NCBI RefSeq assembly: GCF_037042905.1 | Contig: NC_087250.1 | Coordinates: 19,718,001-19,782,000, forward strand | Source of the DNA: Lytechinus pictus | Lineage: Eukaryota | Length of the DNA: 64,000 nt | Direction: 5' to 3' | In this document: positions 49,701-62,420 of the stretch, in pieces | Position numbering within the stretch: position 1 is the first letter of the stretch | How the letters are laid out: each line of letters starts with the position of its first letter | Notes under the pieces: generated by a model | Databases searched by the model: none | Seen by the model: only the letters and a program-made list of their open reading frames with translations | Told to the model about the DNA's origin: nothing | Made by a program: the position numbers and the translations under genes

Positions 49701-51680
49701 TTTGTATGTATTTGTATTTCTATAATTAGTTGCATGATAAAAGGCACACTTTAAAATATGTCAGAAAAAATATACTTGGAGAGAGAGTAAAACAAAAAGG
49801 AGAGAGGAAACAGAAGGAGATGGTATGGTGAAGCTCAAAATCAAGAGTGATGTGATAAAGTTAAAAAGAAAGAGTAGGAACGGAATATGAATAAAAGACG
49901 GAGTATGAGAATATAAATAAACAATGATTAATTGGGTACCGCAAACAATTTTGTATCAAATCAGAATGCATTAAACTTCAAATGAATGGTCTGAAGTGCA
50001 AAGGACTCTTCTTACCTTTTAAGGGGGGGGGGGGCATTTTTCTGCTCAAAAATATATCAGCCCCCTATTTTATCGGGGGGGGGGGGTTAAGTTCCTAGTC
50101 ATAATTCTTTAACTTTTACTTTTTTGAGGTCATTTTCTAAAGACCCCCCCCAAAAAAAAAAAAAAAAAAAAATAGGGGGCTGATATATTTTTAATGTCTC
50201 GCTTTAAAAATGCAAACACCCCTGAGGGGCAAAGGCGTAGACTGGTTTAAGCATGGGGAGGTAGAACTAAAAGTGGTATGGGGAGGGGTGCACATCTTGG
50301 GGAGGTGGAACTGAGGTTTGGAAAATCAGCTGTTGAAAGTAGAAGGGGTACACATTTCGTTTTGCTTGCCAGTGTTGGAACTCCTCTGCCTCAGCGAAAT
50401 GTTTGACATTCACCCAGTGTACTCCCAGCCTATGCCCTTGAGGGGATGCTTATTTTAAGAGTGTTTATCATTTTTATGTTCCTAATGGCCACTGCCTTTA
50501 ACCTTCTTTATTTTGATGTCAGATTTTACGGACCAATCCCGCCCCTCCCCCCAAAACCTAGAAATATTAATGAAGGTGATTTATACCCCCACACTCTGGC
50601 GTGAACATTTTTATGCAGAAAAGACATTTGGAATTTAATATGAATCTTTACCCCAAGATGAATATTTCTTCCAACTTTTATGAGCACTGACTAAAAACAG
50701 GGGAAGTAGTTTGATCCACAATGAGTTTTCCTGCATTTCTGGCTATCATATGTGGTTACCATGGCAATGCACTCTCTGACAAATGCACAGAAAAATGGTT
50801 CTTGCACATCTTTACCCCAAGGCAAATGTGTGAGCCAAATTTCATGAGAATTGGTTCAAAACTGATGAAGTAGTTCAAATTGCAACATTTTTACCTAAAC
50901 TTTTCCATATAACATGATGTTACCATGGCAACACAAATTCTGAAACACACACAAAAAGTGCCTTATACATCTTTACTTTAATACCAATGTGTGTGCCGAA
51001 TTTCATGAGCAATGATTGAAAACTGATGAAGCAGTTTGAATTGTAAGTTTTTTTCCCAATTTTCACCGTATAATACATTGTTACCATGGCAACAAGATTT
51101 CTGAAAGACACACAGAAATGTGTCTTAGACATCTTCACCTCAAGACCAATGTGTGTGCCGAATTTCATGAGAATCGGTTAAAAACAGAGGAAGTAGTTCT
51201 AACTGTAAGATTTTTACCTTATTTTTGCCATAATACACTGTTACCATGGCAACACAATTTCCAACACATTCAAAAAATGTGTCTTGCACATCTTTACCCC
51301 AAGACCAAAATATGTACATACACACCAACATTCAACCCCCTCCACCGCCACCCTTCGGCTTGTTTAGCATCTGCATTCAGATATTTGGTGCATTGAGATA
51401 TATGTGAGGACAAACAGAACATTAAAAAAGGGTCTGAATTCAAGAACTAAATCAATGCAAAATAATGCACTGCTATTGAGTTTTGCACTAGCGCTAGTCT
51501 ATATATCAGACCTATCTAAACTCATAAATTCTGACTCTTCCACCCATTTTTTCACTGTTCCTGCAGCCAGATTTTTTGGAGCATACCCCATTTTTAATTC
51601 TTATACATAAACAAAGGTCTGGAGAAAAAATTATGCTTTTGTCCACCGTGTCCACATAATTCCGCTAACAGACCAGACTA
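46757..51680. mobile_element. 4.9-kb foldback transposon with very long TIRs (Academ-like TAGT termini, 3-bp TSD), non-coding
   Basis: tagtccggtctgttagcg / cgctaacagaccagacta; TTG on both flanks; arms alignable inward to ~49080/49765; mirror ORFs 46837-/51404+. Confidence 0.85.
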
Positions 51681-51714
51681 TTGGTACAGATCCATTTAAG
51701 CAAATGACAATATA

Positions 51715-52557
51715 ACTGTCGAAAAATATTTCCGCTTGAGTGAGCACCACTTACTTTTGAAAAGTTAGTGAAAAATGATTTGCGCAGAACTTTGAGATAG
51801 TCATGCGAATAAAAGTAGACCTTAAGCATGAAGAACACGGGTAATTTAGCTAAAATGAGTAAAATTGATTTGAAGATATCTTTTACCTTTTTTTAACTTG
51901 TTTCCTTGCCCAAAATACTTCAAAGAGTGCATTGCGCCCCACACCACTCCTCAACACACCGAGGCCATCGTGACGATATTTGCTTTACACTGAGCTGTGA
52001 TTTACATGAAATGGCTTAGGCTTTATTTTCATTTTGTTAATCATTGTCAAGCTTGGGAAAAGTGTGGAGAAACAAGTATTAAATGAAAAAAGAAATGTAA
52101 AGTGAAAAATGCTGGAGATGTCTGATATAAACTTTTGTTCAGATTCAGTTATGTCCTCAGATCCAGCTGGCACAGAAAGGGTAAAGGTGCTTACTTAGTG
52201 TTGAAATTTAAATTTGGGTGGCAAAATCGTTAGAAAATGCTTGAATCTATCCGTTTTATTTCAATTGAGTAAAAGAGCTAGGGAAATGTATGAGAAATGT
52301 TTCGCAGGGTAAGTTTGATTTCGCCCTTTCCCTTTGACACAGCGTGAAAATGAGTATATCTGCGCGAACAGATTTCTGCGAGCTTTACAAAAATGGACAG
52401 TGCTCACTCAAGGATAACATTCTGTCAAAACTTTTACTTTCATTGGATAGATGAGACCCAAACCCAAGAATATATGTGAAAAAATTACCCACATGTTGTT
52501 TATTTTTAATTCCCATGGCTTTTTCACAATGTAAACTTTTTTTTTTATACGCACTGT
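51715..52557. mobile_element. Probable Tc1/mariner-like non-autonomous element (only the right terminus is clear)
   Basis: Ends ...tgtaaactttttttttttatacgcactg|ta (CAGTG terminus plus TA); left end approximate. Confidence 0.45.
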
Positions 52558-53656
52558 ATAGTAATGCACCTATAAACGGAAGATCAATACTTTTAAAATA
52601 CCTACAGTATCATCAGTACGCAAATGTGACTGAAATATACCACTTGATTGTATAATATTGGAGTGGTGTCTTGGGAGCTCTGGATCTTATGACCAAGGAT
52701 AAAAAAAAAAGGGGGGGGGGGGGTTGGTGCTCAGTGAGGGCAATGGACGGTATACTTCCAGAACCATAAGCAAGAAAACAAATCGAAAATGAAAGAAAAC
52801 CAAAGGGAAATGCTTGAAGCTAGAGGTCATGTATCAAATAAAAAACTGCCGATTCCTGTTAAAATCTAATATCATAACAACTCTCACGAGATTTTCTTTT
52901 CTTTTTTTACCAATGTCAACTGAGTTGCGCCCCTCTTTATTTTTATTTATTTTTATTTTTTGCTCATATACTCAAAGAAAAACATTCATTAATCAAAATA
53001 ATTCGTTATTTCGAATGCGGTGTGAATCAAACCATAGTTATTGACTAAATATTAAATAAGACCATTTTAAACAGAAAATAATTAGATGAAGAAAATAATT
53101 TCATGAAATGGCGTAAACTGAAAATTGCACTTACCGATGTTAATAATAGGCTTCTTCGACACTAGAAACAGGAGACACTATATCTGATTGATATTTTCTT
53201 GCTGCTTCTTCCAAGATAATAGGTGTGACAAAGAAAATTATCTGGTTGTTTTTGATGCGACACCCCTTTTAAATGCCCTTGTGTTGAGATAACTCGCTAC
53301 TGCGCATGCGCGAATCTCCAAAACTTATTTGCATGCATATACAGTACGTTATTCTTACATAATAACGGTCTTCACACACACGTCTGTGAGTAATTGACAT
53401 GGATATATTTATTTTTTTTGTAAAAGTTTATTTCTATTATCATTGATAGTATTATTGCCATATAATAGATGTTGTTGTTAGTATCATAATAATAATTATT
53501 ATTATTGTTGTTATTATTATCATCATCATCAATATCATCATCATCATAGTAGTGAAATATTAAATAAAGATGAGAATATTGGAGATGTTAATACAATGAA
53601 AATGTTGAATAAAACAAAACAGTAATATCACGGGTTATACAAATAAAAAATCACAA

Positions 53657-54125
53657 ATATGTGGCCCCTCAAAATGTTTGCCTCATTACGCCATCGCCTG
53701 TTCACGCCATAGGACCGGGAAATGTTTGGCTCTTGCCCCCCCCCCTCCCCCCGGCGGCGCATGTTACGCCCCTAGCTGTCCTGATGATACAGTCACACTG
53801 AATGAAACCGACTCCAAAACGACCGATGATATAATTAATGTCATTGCTATTAACATTATCAGCTTTGATCGGACTGGAGACGATTTCACCAATTTGAGTG
53901 TAGTATAAGAGTGCAGATAATATTGAGCTTTGCCGTGTGATAGAATATCTCTATTCAAAGTACTTTGAATTGTGTTTTCATTGTCATAAGATGTCATGGC
54001 AATGGCATCAATTAAATAAAGTAGCAACGTACTATATGATGTCCCTGGGCGTATACTTAAGTCTATGAAACTGTGTGTCTATAAAACTGTAATTTTGTCC
54101 TCCAACTTCCGTTAGTGGCGATATC
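53657..54125 (+). repeat. Direct duplication of ~470 bp; second copy at 55690-56758 is interrupted by a MITE
   Basis: atatgtggcccctcaaaatgtttgcctcattacgcc ... ccgttagtggcgatatc in both copies. Confidence 0.92.
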
Positions 54126-55867
54126 CACATCATGTCAATATTCCTATAATTTCACCGGGAAAATAAACAAAAAAACGGGGGAAAAAGAAAAGGGAGAAAA
54201 AAAGAAAGAAGGAAAGAAAGAAAGAAAAAAAGAAGGAAAGAAAGAAAGAAATGAAGGGAGAAAGAAAGAAAGAAAGAAAGAAAGGAAGAAAGAAAGAAAG
54301 AAAGAAAGAAAAAAAAAAAAAAGAAAGAGGGGAAGAAAAGGATGAAACGGAAAGGGGGGAAAAGTGAAAAGAAAACCAAAAAAAGGCATCAGGAAAAACA
54401 GAAGGAAAACGGAAAAAGGAAGGAATGAAAAACATGACTGTCAAAAAGAAAAATACTAATACATTAGCATGGTTAATAAGAAAGGGAAATCAATTAAAAG
54501 ATGACAAAAAGCAAACAAAAGCGGGAAATAAAGGTAAAATGGAATAAGCCAAAATCTAAATTGTAAAATGAAGAAAAGGGACAAAATAACGACCGGGCTG
54601 CCGAGGATTGAAAATAAAGAACGGGAAGAAAAATGGATAGAATATAACATCATGAACATCATGTATGGAGTCCATCAGAAGCTTGCTAAATCTCCAAAGC
54701 TACCGGGGGTTCTGCCCAAGACCCAGTGCAGTGTGGGCTCTTCATCTGTAACCTTCAAAGGGGTCTGTAACGGGCCCCTACATGTATGGACCCCTTCCTG
54801 CATTAAATTTTACATTGAAGCACTGGCGGGGGGGGGGGTTCCACAGCCAAGGGGAAATAAAAGAAAATAAAGGAGGCAACGAAGTGAGAAGAATGGAAAA
54901 CAATGAAATACGACATGTTATTTGATATTATGATGTGAAAATCTATTACATAACTAGAATTTCATTTCAAAAGGCCATTTTTCTTTCTGGCTCGCTTCGC
55001 TGGCTGGCGACTTTTTACAAATTTTCCCACATTTACTATAGTTTGCCCTCTCAAAATATTTGGATGATTACGCATGCTGCGTTGAATTATTGTGTTATGT
55101 GAAAGCTAAATACATACACATGCGATTTGATTAAAATAGCAGCCATCTGTAAAGTTTAAAATGGCTTGAATATCAAGAAGTTCCGGGGCTCCGCCCCCCA
55201 TATCCTACCCGCATAGCACTGTTGTATGGATAGGATTGGACCATTGCCCCAAAAAGTTCTACAACAAAACAAAAAAAGAAAAGCAAAGAAAATTGTAAGA
55301 TATTTTTCTGAATATCACGTAAAAATCTATCTCAAAATTATATTATCATGAAAGAGTTATTTTTTTCTCGCTCGCTCGGGACTTATATTATGCAAATTTC
55401 TGCAATACGCCCCGGAGCTGTGCCCCCTCTTTTTTTTTAGGGCGAAGCATAGAGCCTCGCCCTAATGCTTGCGCACAATCGTAAAAAATCCTGTTCACCA
55501 TGGCGACCAGATTAAGAAAAAAAAGAGAAAAGGAAAGAGAGAAGGTTGAAATATGATATTATTTCCCACATATTATGTCAAAATAAATCACAAAATTGAA
55601 TTCTTATAATAAAAATTTTAATAGAAATTTTACCCGCTAGCTTCCCTTGCTCGCAACTTTTTATAAAGATTATTTTCACCCGATACGCCATATGTGGCCC
55701 CTCAAAATGTTTGCCTCATTACGCCATTGCCTGTTCACGCCATAGGACCGGGAATTTTTTGGCTCTTGCCCCCCCCCCCCCAGCGGCGCATGTTACGCCC
55801 CTAGCTGTCCTGATGATACAGTCACACGGAATGAAACCGACTCCAAAACGACCGATGATATCATTAA

Positions 55868-56470
55868 AGGACAAGTCCACCCCAACACAAAGTTGATTTG
55901 AATAAAAAGAGAAAAATTCAACAAGCACAACACTGAAAATTTCATCAAAATCGGATGTAAAATAAGAAAGTTATGACATTTTAAAGTATCGCTTAATTTT
56001 CACAATACAGTTATATGCACATCCTGGTCGGTATGCAAATGAGGAGACTGATGATGTCATCCACTCACTAATTCTTTTTATTTTATTATATGAAATATGA
56101 AATATTATAATTTTCTCCTCATTGCCAAGTGAAACAATGATTAATTCCTCCCTGTACATGCGTAATTAGCATTGTTTTATACTATATGGTTCAGTCAAGT
56201 TGGTCCTTATTGTCAAATCTGTAAAAAATGAAATATTGTATAATTCAAACAATAAAAAACAAAAGAAATAGTGAGTGAGGGACATCATCGTCTGTTTCAT
56301 TTGCATGTCACTGAGTTGTGCATATCACTGTTTTGTGAAAAAATGGCGAAACTTAAAAATGTCATAACTTTCTTATTTTACATCCGATTTTGATGAAACT
56401 TTCAGTGTTATGCAAGTTTGATTTTTCTCTATTTATTCAGATCAACATTTTTCTGGGGTGGACTTGACCT
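55868..56470. mobile_element. TTAA-flanked MITE (Kolobok-like); inverted relative at ~61031-61891
   Basis: ttaa|aggacaagtccacccca ... tggggtggacttgacct|ttaa; empty site with a single TTAA at 53835-53838. Confidence 0.92.
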
Positions 56471-56868
56471 TTAATGTCATTGCTATTAACATTATCAGCT
56501 TTGATCGGACTGGAGACGATTTCACCAATATGAGTGTAGTATCAGAGTGCAGATAATATTGAGCTTTGCCGTGTGATAGAATATCTCTATTCAAAGTACT
56601 TTGAATTATGTTTTCATTGTCATAAGATGTCATGGCAATGGCATCAATTAAATAAAGTAGCACGTACTATGATGTCCCTGGGCGTATACTTATGTCTATG
56701 AAACTGTGTGTCTATAAAACTGTAATTTTGTGCTCCAACTTCCGTTAGTGGCGATATCATGGAGTGAAGTGTGCTTATACTCCCTGAAAGTGATTTAATC
56801 GGAGCTCAAATCATCCCGCTCATGATCACGCCAGTCCCGAGACGATCGACTGCAAAACATCTGATCTA

Positions 56869-57604
56869 TATGAGGCGCCGAATGTACCAATATTATATAG
56901 AACAATTATTTGTTATATAATCATTATTTATTAAATAATAACTATTATTTATATATAATTTACATTTTATTTGTAAATAACTACTATTATATAAAATATC
57001 ATTTCTAATTATTTATATATAATTCCAAGTAATACTTCATTATTTGTAAATAATAATAGTTCGACATTCCATTATTTATAAATAAAGAAATGTGCACTGG
57101 CATTGATAATAAATAATTATTATTTATAAATAATAGAAAACTTATTTATAAATAACGGAAAAACGAATATTATTTATAAATAATGAAGTATGTAGTGTCA
57201 TTATTTATAAATAATATAAAAACAAATAATCATTATTTATAAATAATGAAAAACAAATAATCATTATTTATAAATAATGAAAAACAAATATTCATTATTT
57301 GTAAATAATGAAAAACAAATAATCATTATTTGTAAATAATGAAAAACAAATAATCATTATTTGTAAATAATGAAAAACAAATAATCATTATTTATAAATA
57401 ATGGAATGTCGAACTATTATTATTTACAAATAATGAAGTATTACTTGGAATTATATATAAATAATTAGAAATGATATTTCATATAATAGTAGTTATTTAC
57501 AAATAAAATGTAAATTATATATAAATAATAGTTATTATTTAATAAATAATGATTATATAACAAATAATTGTTCTATATAATATTGGTACATTCGGCGCCT
57601 CATA
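56869..57604. mobile_element. Foldback element with ~210-bp near-perfect TIRs, 6-bp TSD and an internal ~31-bp AT-rich array (IS3EU-like)
   Basis: tatgaggcgccgaatgtacc / ggtacattcggcgcctcata; TSD GATCTA at 56863-56868 and 57605-57610. Confidence 0.85.
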
Positions 57605-58907
57605 GATCTATGTCAGTTGAAGGATATCACGATCGTCCTCTTCCGCGCATGTACTGTTTCACCTTTCCAATGATAATGCTATGACAGTCACACTAACCCA
57701 CTTAGACTTACCAAAGCTAATACGTTCTAATGACATACGATCGGTTGGTTTGCTTTGTGTGGCTGCTGCATGAAGTTACGTGATTGACTCACTCACTCAC
57801 TTGTTTGAGATTGTTATTATTTGTGTTAACCTTCTCTCGTAAAAATTGTGAAAAATTAATTTTCTGAGTATGATTCAGGAAGATAATCAACACAAAGTAG
57901 TATTTTTCTACCATCGACGTTTGTCGACGACATGGAGGTTGACACGCGCTGCCACGGATGCAGGCGCGTAGCCAGGGGGGGGGGCGGTGGGGGCGGTCGC
58001 CCCCCCCCAAAAAAAAAAAAAACGTCCCCAAAAAGAAACAAAAGAAGGAAAAAAAGAGAGGAGAAAAGGAAAAGCGAAGGGAGGAAAGGGAAGAAAGGTA
58101 GCTTTGTGGGTTTTCCTTTTTGTTCTTTAACTTTTTTTCTCAAAAGAAGTAGTACCTTAACGAAACTACTTAACTCTAAAACAAATACTCATACAAGACG
58201 GTTACATGCAAGGATCCAATCACCATTAAAAACAATAAAAGCGAAGGAAAACTGATTTCACTCTGTTTGTGCCCCATTAATAAGAATGAATTCACAAAAT
58301 TGAAAAATACCTGAAATTAAAACAGCGTTTCAGCATAAATTTATTATAGGAACATTTTTGAAAGAATAAAATTCATGCCCATTGCAAATGTAAGAAAATT
58401 ATATATACACTATGTAAGACATCAAGTTGATAATATTTTACATGGATCATGAACAACAGTATATGGGATATATGGTGTAATTTTTTCCCTTATATTTGTA
58501 TAATTATTTGGAATAAAGCATGAACAAGGAACGGGAAACTATGGTGGTGGATCATACACAATAAAATGCGGGTTAAAACTGAATTCAAACTTAATCATGG
58601 CAACTATATGCCGAAATTTTAAGTCGTGGAAATAAGAGTAATATACATGTATTCGTCCATTCGTAGATATTGCTGTCTCATCGCGAGATTTGGAAAGGAT
58701 TTGTCAAGACAATAGTCACTATGAACACTAAGTTCGCCTATATCCATCATGAGCATTGCTTCATGAGCATTGCTTATGGCGTAATGAATACAGTAAGTAG
58801 AAAAAATATAGGCCTTCTGAAGAAAAATCATGGGTGAGGCCCCGATGGAAAACTTGTCTGCATAGCCAGATTTTTAGAGCCATTTTGAAGGTGCTTAGAG
58901 AAAAATA

Positions 58908-59146
58908 CACAGCAAAAACTGTGGTGCTAACCGGTGTACATAGAAGACCACACCAGTTATTTTACACCGGTGTTAAATTGACAGTGTTAGTTTAACACCT
59001 ATAGGTGTTATTACAACACCTTTGGTTGTTACTTTTACACTCTTTGGTGTTATGTTCAATCTCTAGGGTGTAATTTCAACACCTCAGGGTGTGGTCCTCT
59101 ATTAACACCAACTGGTGTCAGTTTTAACACCACAATTTTTACAGTG
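58908..59146 (+). mobile_element. 239-bp CACWG-ended MITE (EnSpm/CACTA-like)
   Basis: cacagcaaaaactg ... tttttacagtg; 2-bp TSD TA. Confidence 0.85.
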
Positions 59147-59749
59147 TACTAGTATGACGAATGTCTTGTATTCCATAGGAATACCCAGCATATTTAAATG
59201 ATCGGATCCTGAGAAAATTATAATAGTGTGTGTGTGTGTGTGAGTAAGGGGGGGGGGGGGGGCTTACGTATAGTTTCTCCCAGATAACCATTGAATTAAC
59301 TCTTCATCACTCAAACTCTTGTATTTAAACATGAATATCATGTGACGTACACTTTTCCATCTCTTTCGTTTTCCTGTTGATCAGCGAGGTCTGTCTGTGA
59401 GTACTTGGGCTGGATTCTGGAGACCTTTAATCTCTCTTTTTCTTATTTCCTTTTCTATTTAAATTTCCCCCTATTTCTTTTAATTTAACTGGTTTATGCT
59501 CAAGTTGTTATTTTGATTTTTATATGCTATGTAACTACAAGAATATTTATTAGGAGGCTGCACTCTACAAACTCCGCTTTTTAACCTGATATGTAATAAT
59601 CTTTAATATATTTTTTGTACATGGATACTTGAAATATGTTTTGTTATTTGTATGTCAAAATGTATAAAACAAACTGTAATTGCTGAAAATGGAAATAAAA
59701 GAAATGAAATGAAACGTATTTGCAGTATGGGTATGTGCGACCCTTAAGA

Positions 59750-59970
59750 TAGTCTAGTTCTAGACGATATTAAACGAATTTATTTGCACCGATATATACG
59801 TTCTATTCCGTGCGTACGCCCAGCCGAGTGTGCGCGCAAAACCGAGAACCTGTACTCCGAGGAAATACAGGTTCTCGGTTTTGCGCGCACACTCGGCTGG
59901 GCGTACGCACGGAATAGAACGTATATATCGGTGCAAATAAATTCGTTTAATATCGTCTAGAACTAGACTA
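59750..59970. mobile_element. 221-bp perfect hairpin MITE with 9-bp TSD (AcademH- or Mutator-like)
   Basis: 105-bp arms with no mismatch seen, 11-nt loop at 59855-59865; TSD CCCTTAAGA at 59741-59749 and 59971-59979. Confidence 0.92.
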
Positions 59971-60036
59971 CCCTTAAGACCACTTTTCACGCCCTGCTAG
60001 CAGTTCCCACGCATAATCTTTTTCACCATTTTCGAA

Positions 60037-60275
60037 CACTGTAAAAACTGTGGTGTTAAAACTGACACCAGTGGGTGTTAATAGAGGACCACACCCTCTG
60101 GTGTTAAAATTACACCCTAGCGATTGAATATAACACCAAAGAGTGTACATGCAACAACCAAAGGTGTTGCAATAACACCTATAGGTGCTAAACTAACACT
60201 GTCAATTTAACACCGGTGTAAAATAACTGGTGTGGTCCTCTATGTACACCGGTTAACACCGCAGTTTTTGCTGTG
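60037..60275 (-). mobile_element. Second, inverted copy of the 239-bp CACWG MITE
   Basis: cactgtaaaaactg ... cagtttttgctgtg; 2-bp TSD AA. Confidence 0.85.
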
Positions 60276-61457
60276 AATGATCAAACCGTTTTCCCCGGTT
60301 CTCAAGCCCCTCAATTCAAGCGTCAGCTCTCAAGACCCCCATTTCATGTTAACTTACATTACTTAGTATAGCCCCCATTCGCAGAGGGCCATCTAACTTG
60401 TAAGCCCTTTATTTAAAATTCCTACTCTTTTAGTGCCCCGGGATTACGGTAAAACAAGTATACTAATAGAAATCAACTTATAAACCTCAGGTTCTGAGGA
60501 TTGAATGGATTTATTAAGCTACTATTACATTCAGTGGCGGATCCATGGGGTGGGGGGGGGGGGGCACATCTGGCCCATGCGCCCCCTTTTGAGAGCCATA
60601 ATACAATTTTCAATGTAAATATACCGTTTTTACACCAGTGTGCCCCCCCCCCCCCTTTGAAAGTCACTGTATATATTTTTATGGTAATATGTCGCTCACA
60701 CACACACAAGTGAGGATCTTTTTTTTTTTGCTTTACAAATTTTACGTGGACGAAATGACCTTCAATATTTAGTGAAAACCTATTTTTTTGCTCGTCATAT
60801 TTTCCTCAGATAAATGTGTGCCCCCCCCCCTTGGAAAATCCTGGATCTGCCCCTTACTACATTTGCAATTATGGCTATTTCCATGTAATGAAGAAAAAAA
60901 AATACGATCAATCTACATACAATATATGGTGTACAATATTTTAACCAGTGCAAGTGCAATAAGAGATATTATACATGCGACAAGGAGGCAACATCTGTAG
61001 CATCTATCAATATGTATGCACAGAACTTAAAGGCCAAGTCCACCCCAGGGAAATGCTGACTTGAATAAATAGAGAAAATCAAACTAGCAGAGTGCTGAAA
61101 ATTTCATCAAAATCGGATTAAAATAAGACATTTTAAAGTTTTGCTTATTTTTCACAAAACAGGGATATGCAAAACTAGGTAAGTCAGTCGATGATGTCCA
61201 TCACTCAGTATTTCTTTTCTTCTTTTATTGTTTGAATTATACAATATTTAATTTTTTATAGATTTGACAATAAGGACCAACTTGACTGAACCATATAGTA
61301 TTGAACAATGCTAATTCCACATGTTCAGGGAGGAATTAATCGTTGTATCACTTGACGATGAGGAGAAAATTAGAATATTTCATATAATAAAATAGAAGAG
61401 AAATAGTGAGTGGATGACGTCATAGTCTCCTCATTTGCATACCAGCCAGGATGTGCA

Positions 61458-61739
61458 CACTGTTAGAAAATTTATCCTTAAAATAAAAGAAGTTCCTGCA
61501 GCAGAGTCTCGAGAACACCTGTAATCTTACCAGATTGCGTAATCTTACAGGAAATTGGTAGTTGGTGTATGGAATCTTAAAAATTTTCTGAAATAAAACA
61601 CCCTTTTCCCCTTTTTAAACAGACCTTTTCTGTTACATTGCAGAAAAAATCCTGTTTTATGAATTTACAGTCTGATTCTGTCATTCCTTTCTGCAAAATC
61701 TTTTTTTGTTGTTGTAAAATCACGTTTTTTTTAACAGTG
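61458..61739. mobile_element. CACTG-ended MITE nested in the TTAA MITE at ~61031-61891
   Basis: cactgtta / taacagtg; TSD CA; the uninterrupted host sequence gatgtgcatataac is present (reverse strand) at ~56010-56023. Confidence 0.85.
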
Positions 61740-62257
61740 CATATAACAGTTTTGTGAAATTAAGGGAAACTTTTTTAAAATGTCACAACATTCTTATTTT
61801 GCTTCCGATTTTGATTTAATTTTCATTTTTATGCTTGTTGGATTTTTCTATTTTTATTCAAATCAACTTTTTGTTGGGGTGCACTTGTCCTTAAAGTTTT
61901 CGCATAATGCGTTATACAGAGTCTGAAGTCGTGAGACTAGATTATTCACTACTGTACCGTAGCTGCTTATTTGACACAAACAGCGATTTTTAAATTTAGT
62001 CTTTACTCTAGACATGGCTTTTTTTTCAAAGTGTTAAATTCGAGTCTGTAGTTGCAGACTATTACTGTGCTGCAGCTTCAACGATCTAATTCTGATATGA
62101 ATGTATAATGTATCGCTTATCCTTCAACCGAGCTTGTAACAAACATGAATACATTTTTGGAATCCCGGAAACGCATGAAGATGCAAACACAGCTTCATGG
62201 TGAATATCAGGGTCCCGTAACACAAAGGTTAGAGATCAATCATACGCTTAATTTGTA

Positions 62258-62420
62258 TACCTTGGTCACATTTGCTCTACGGCGGCCGTACAGCGAGTCG
62301 AAAACAGCCGTTTTAACAATTTTTGTACCAACTACATATTAGGTGGTTTGAATCAAAATTAATAAAACGGCTGTTTTCGACTCGCCGTACGGCCGCCGTA
62401 GAGCAAATGTGACCAAGGTA
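62258..62420. mobile_element. Hairpin MITE nested in a Harbinger-like MITE (~62208-62491)
   Basis: ~57-bp arms taccttggtcacatttgctctacggcggccgtac.gcgagtcgaaaacagccgtttt mirrored; host ends cagggtcccgtaacacaaag / ctttgtgttacgggcccctg. Confidence 0.8.

Noticed and set aside
54115..54444. Lys/Glu-rich and Phe-rich ORFs
   Set aside because: (GAAA)n microsatellite
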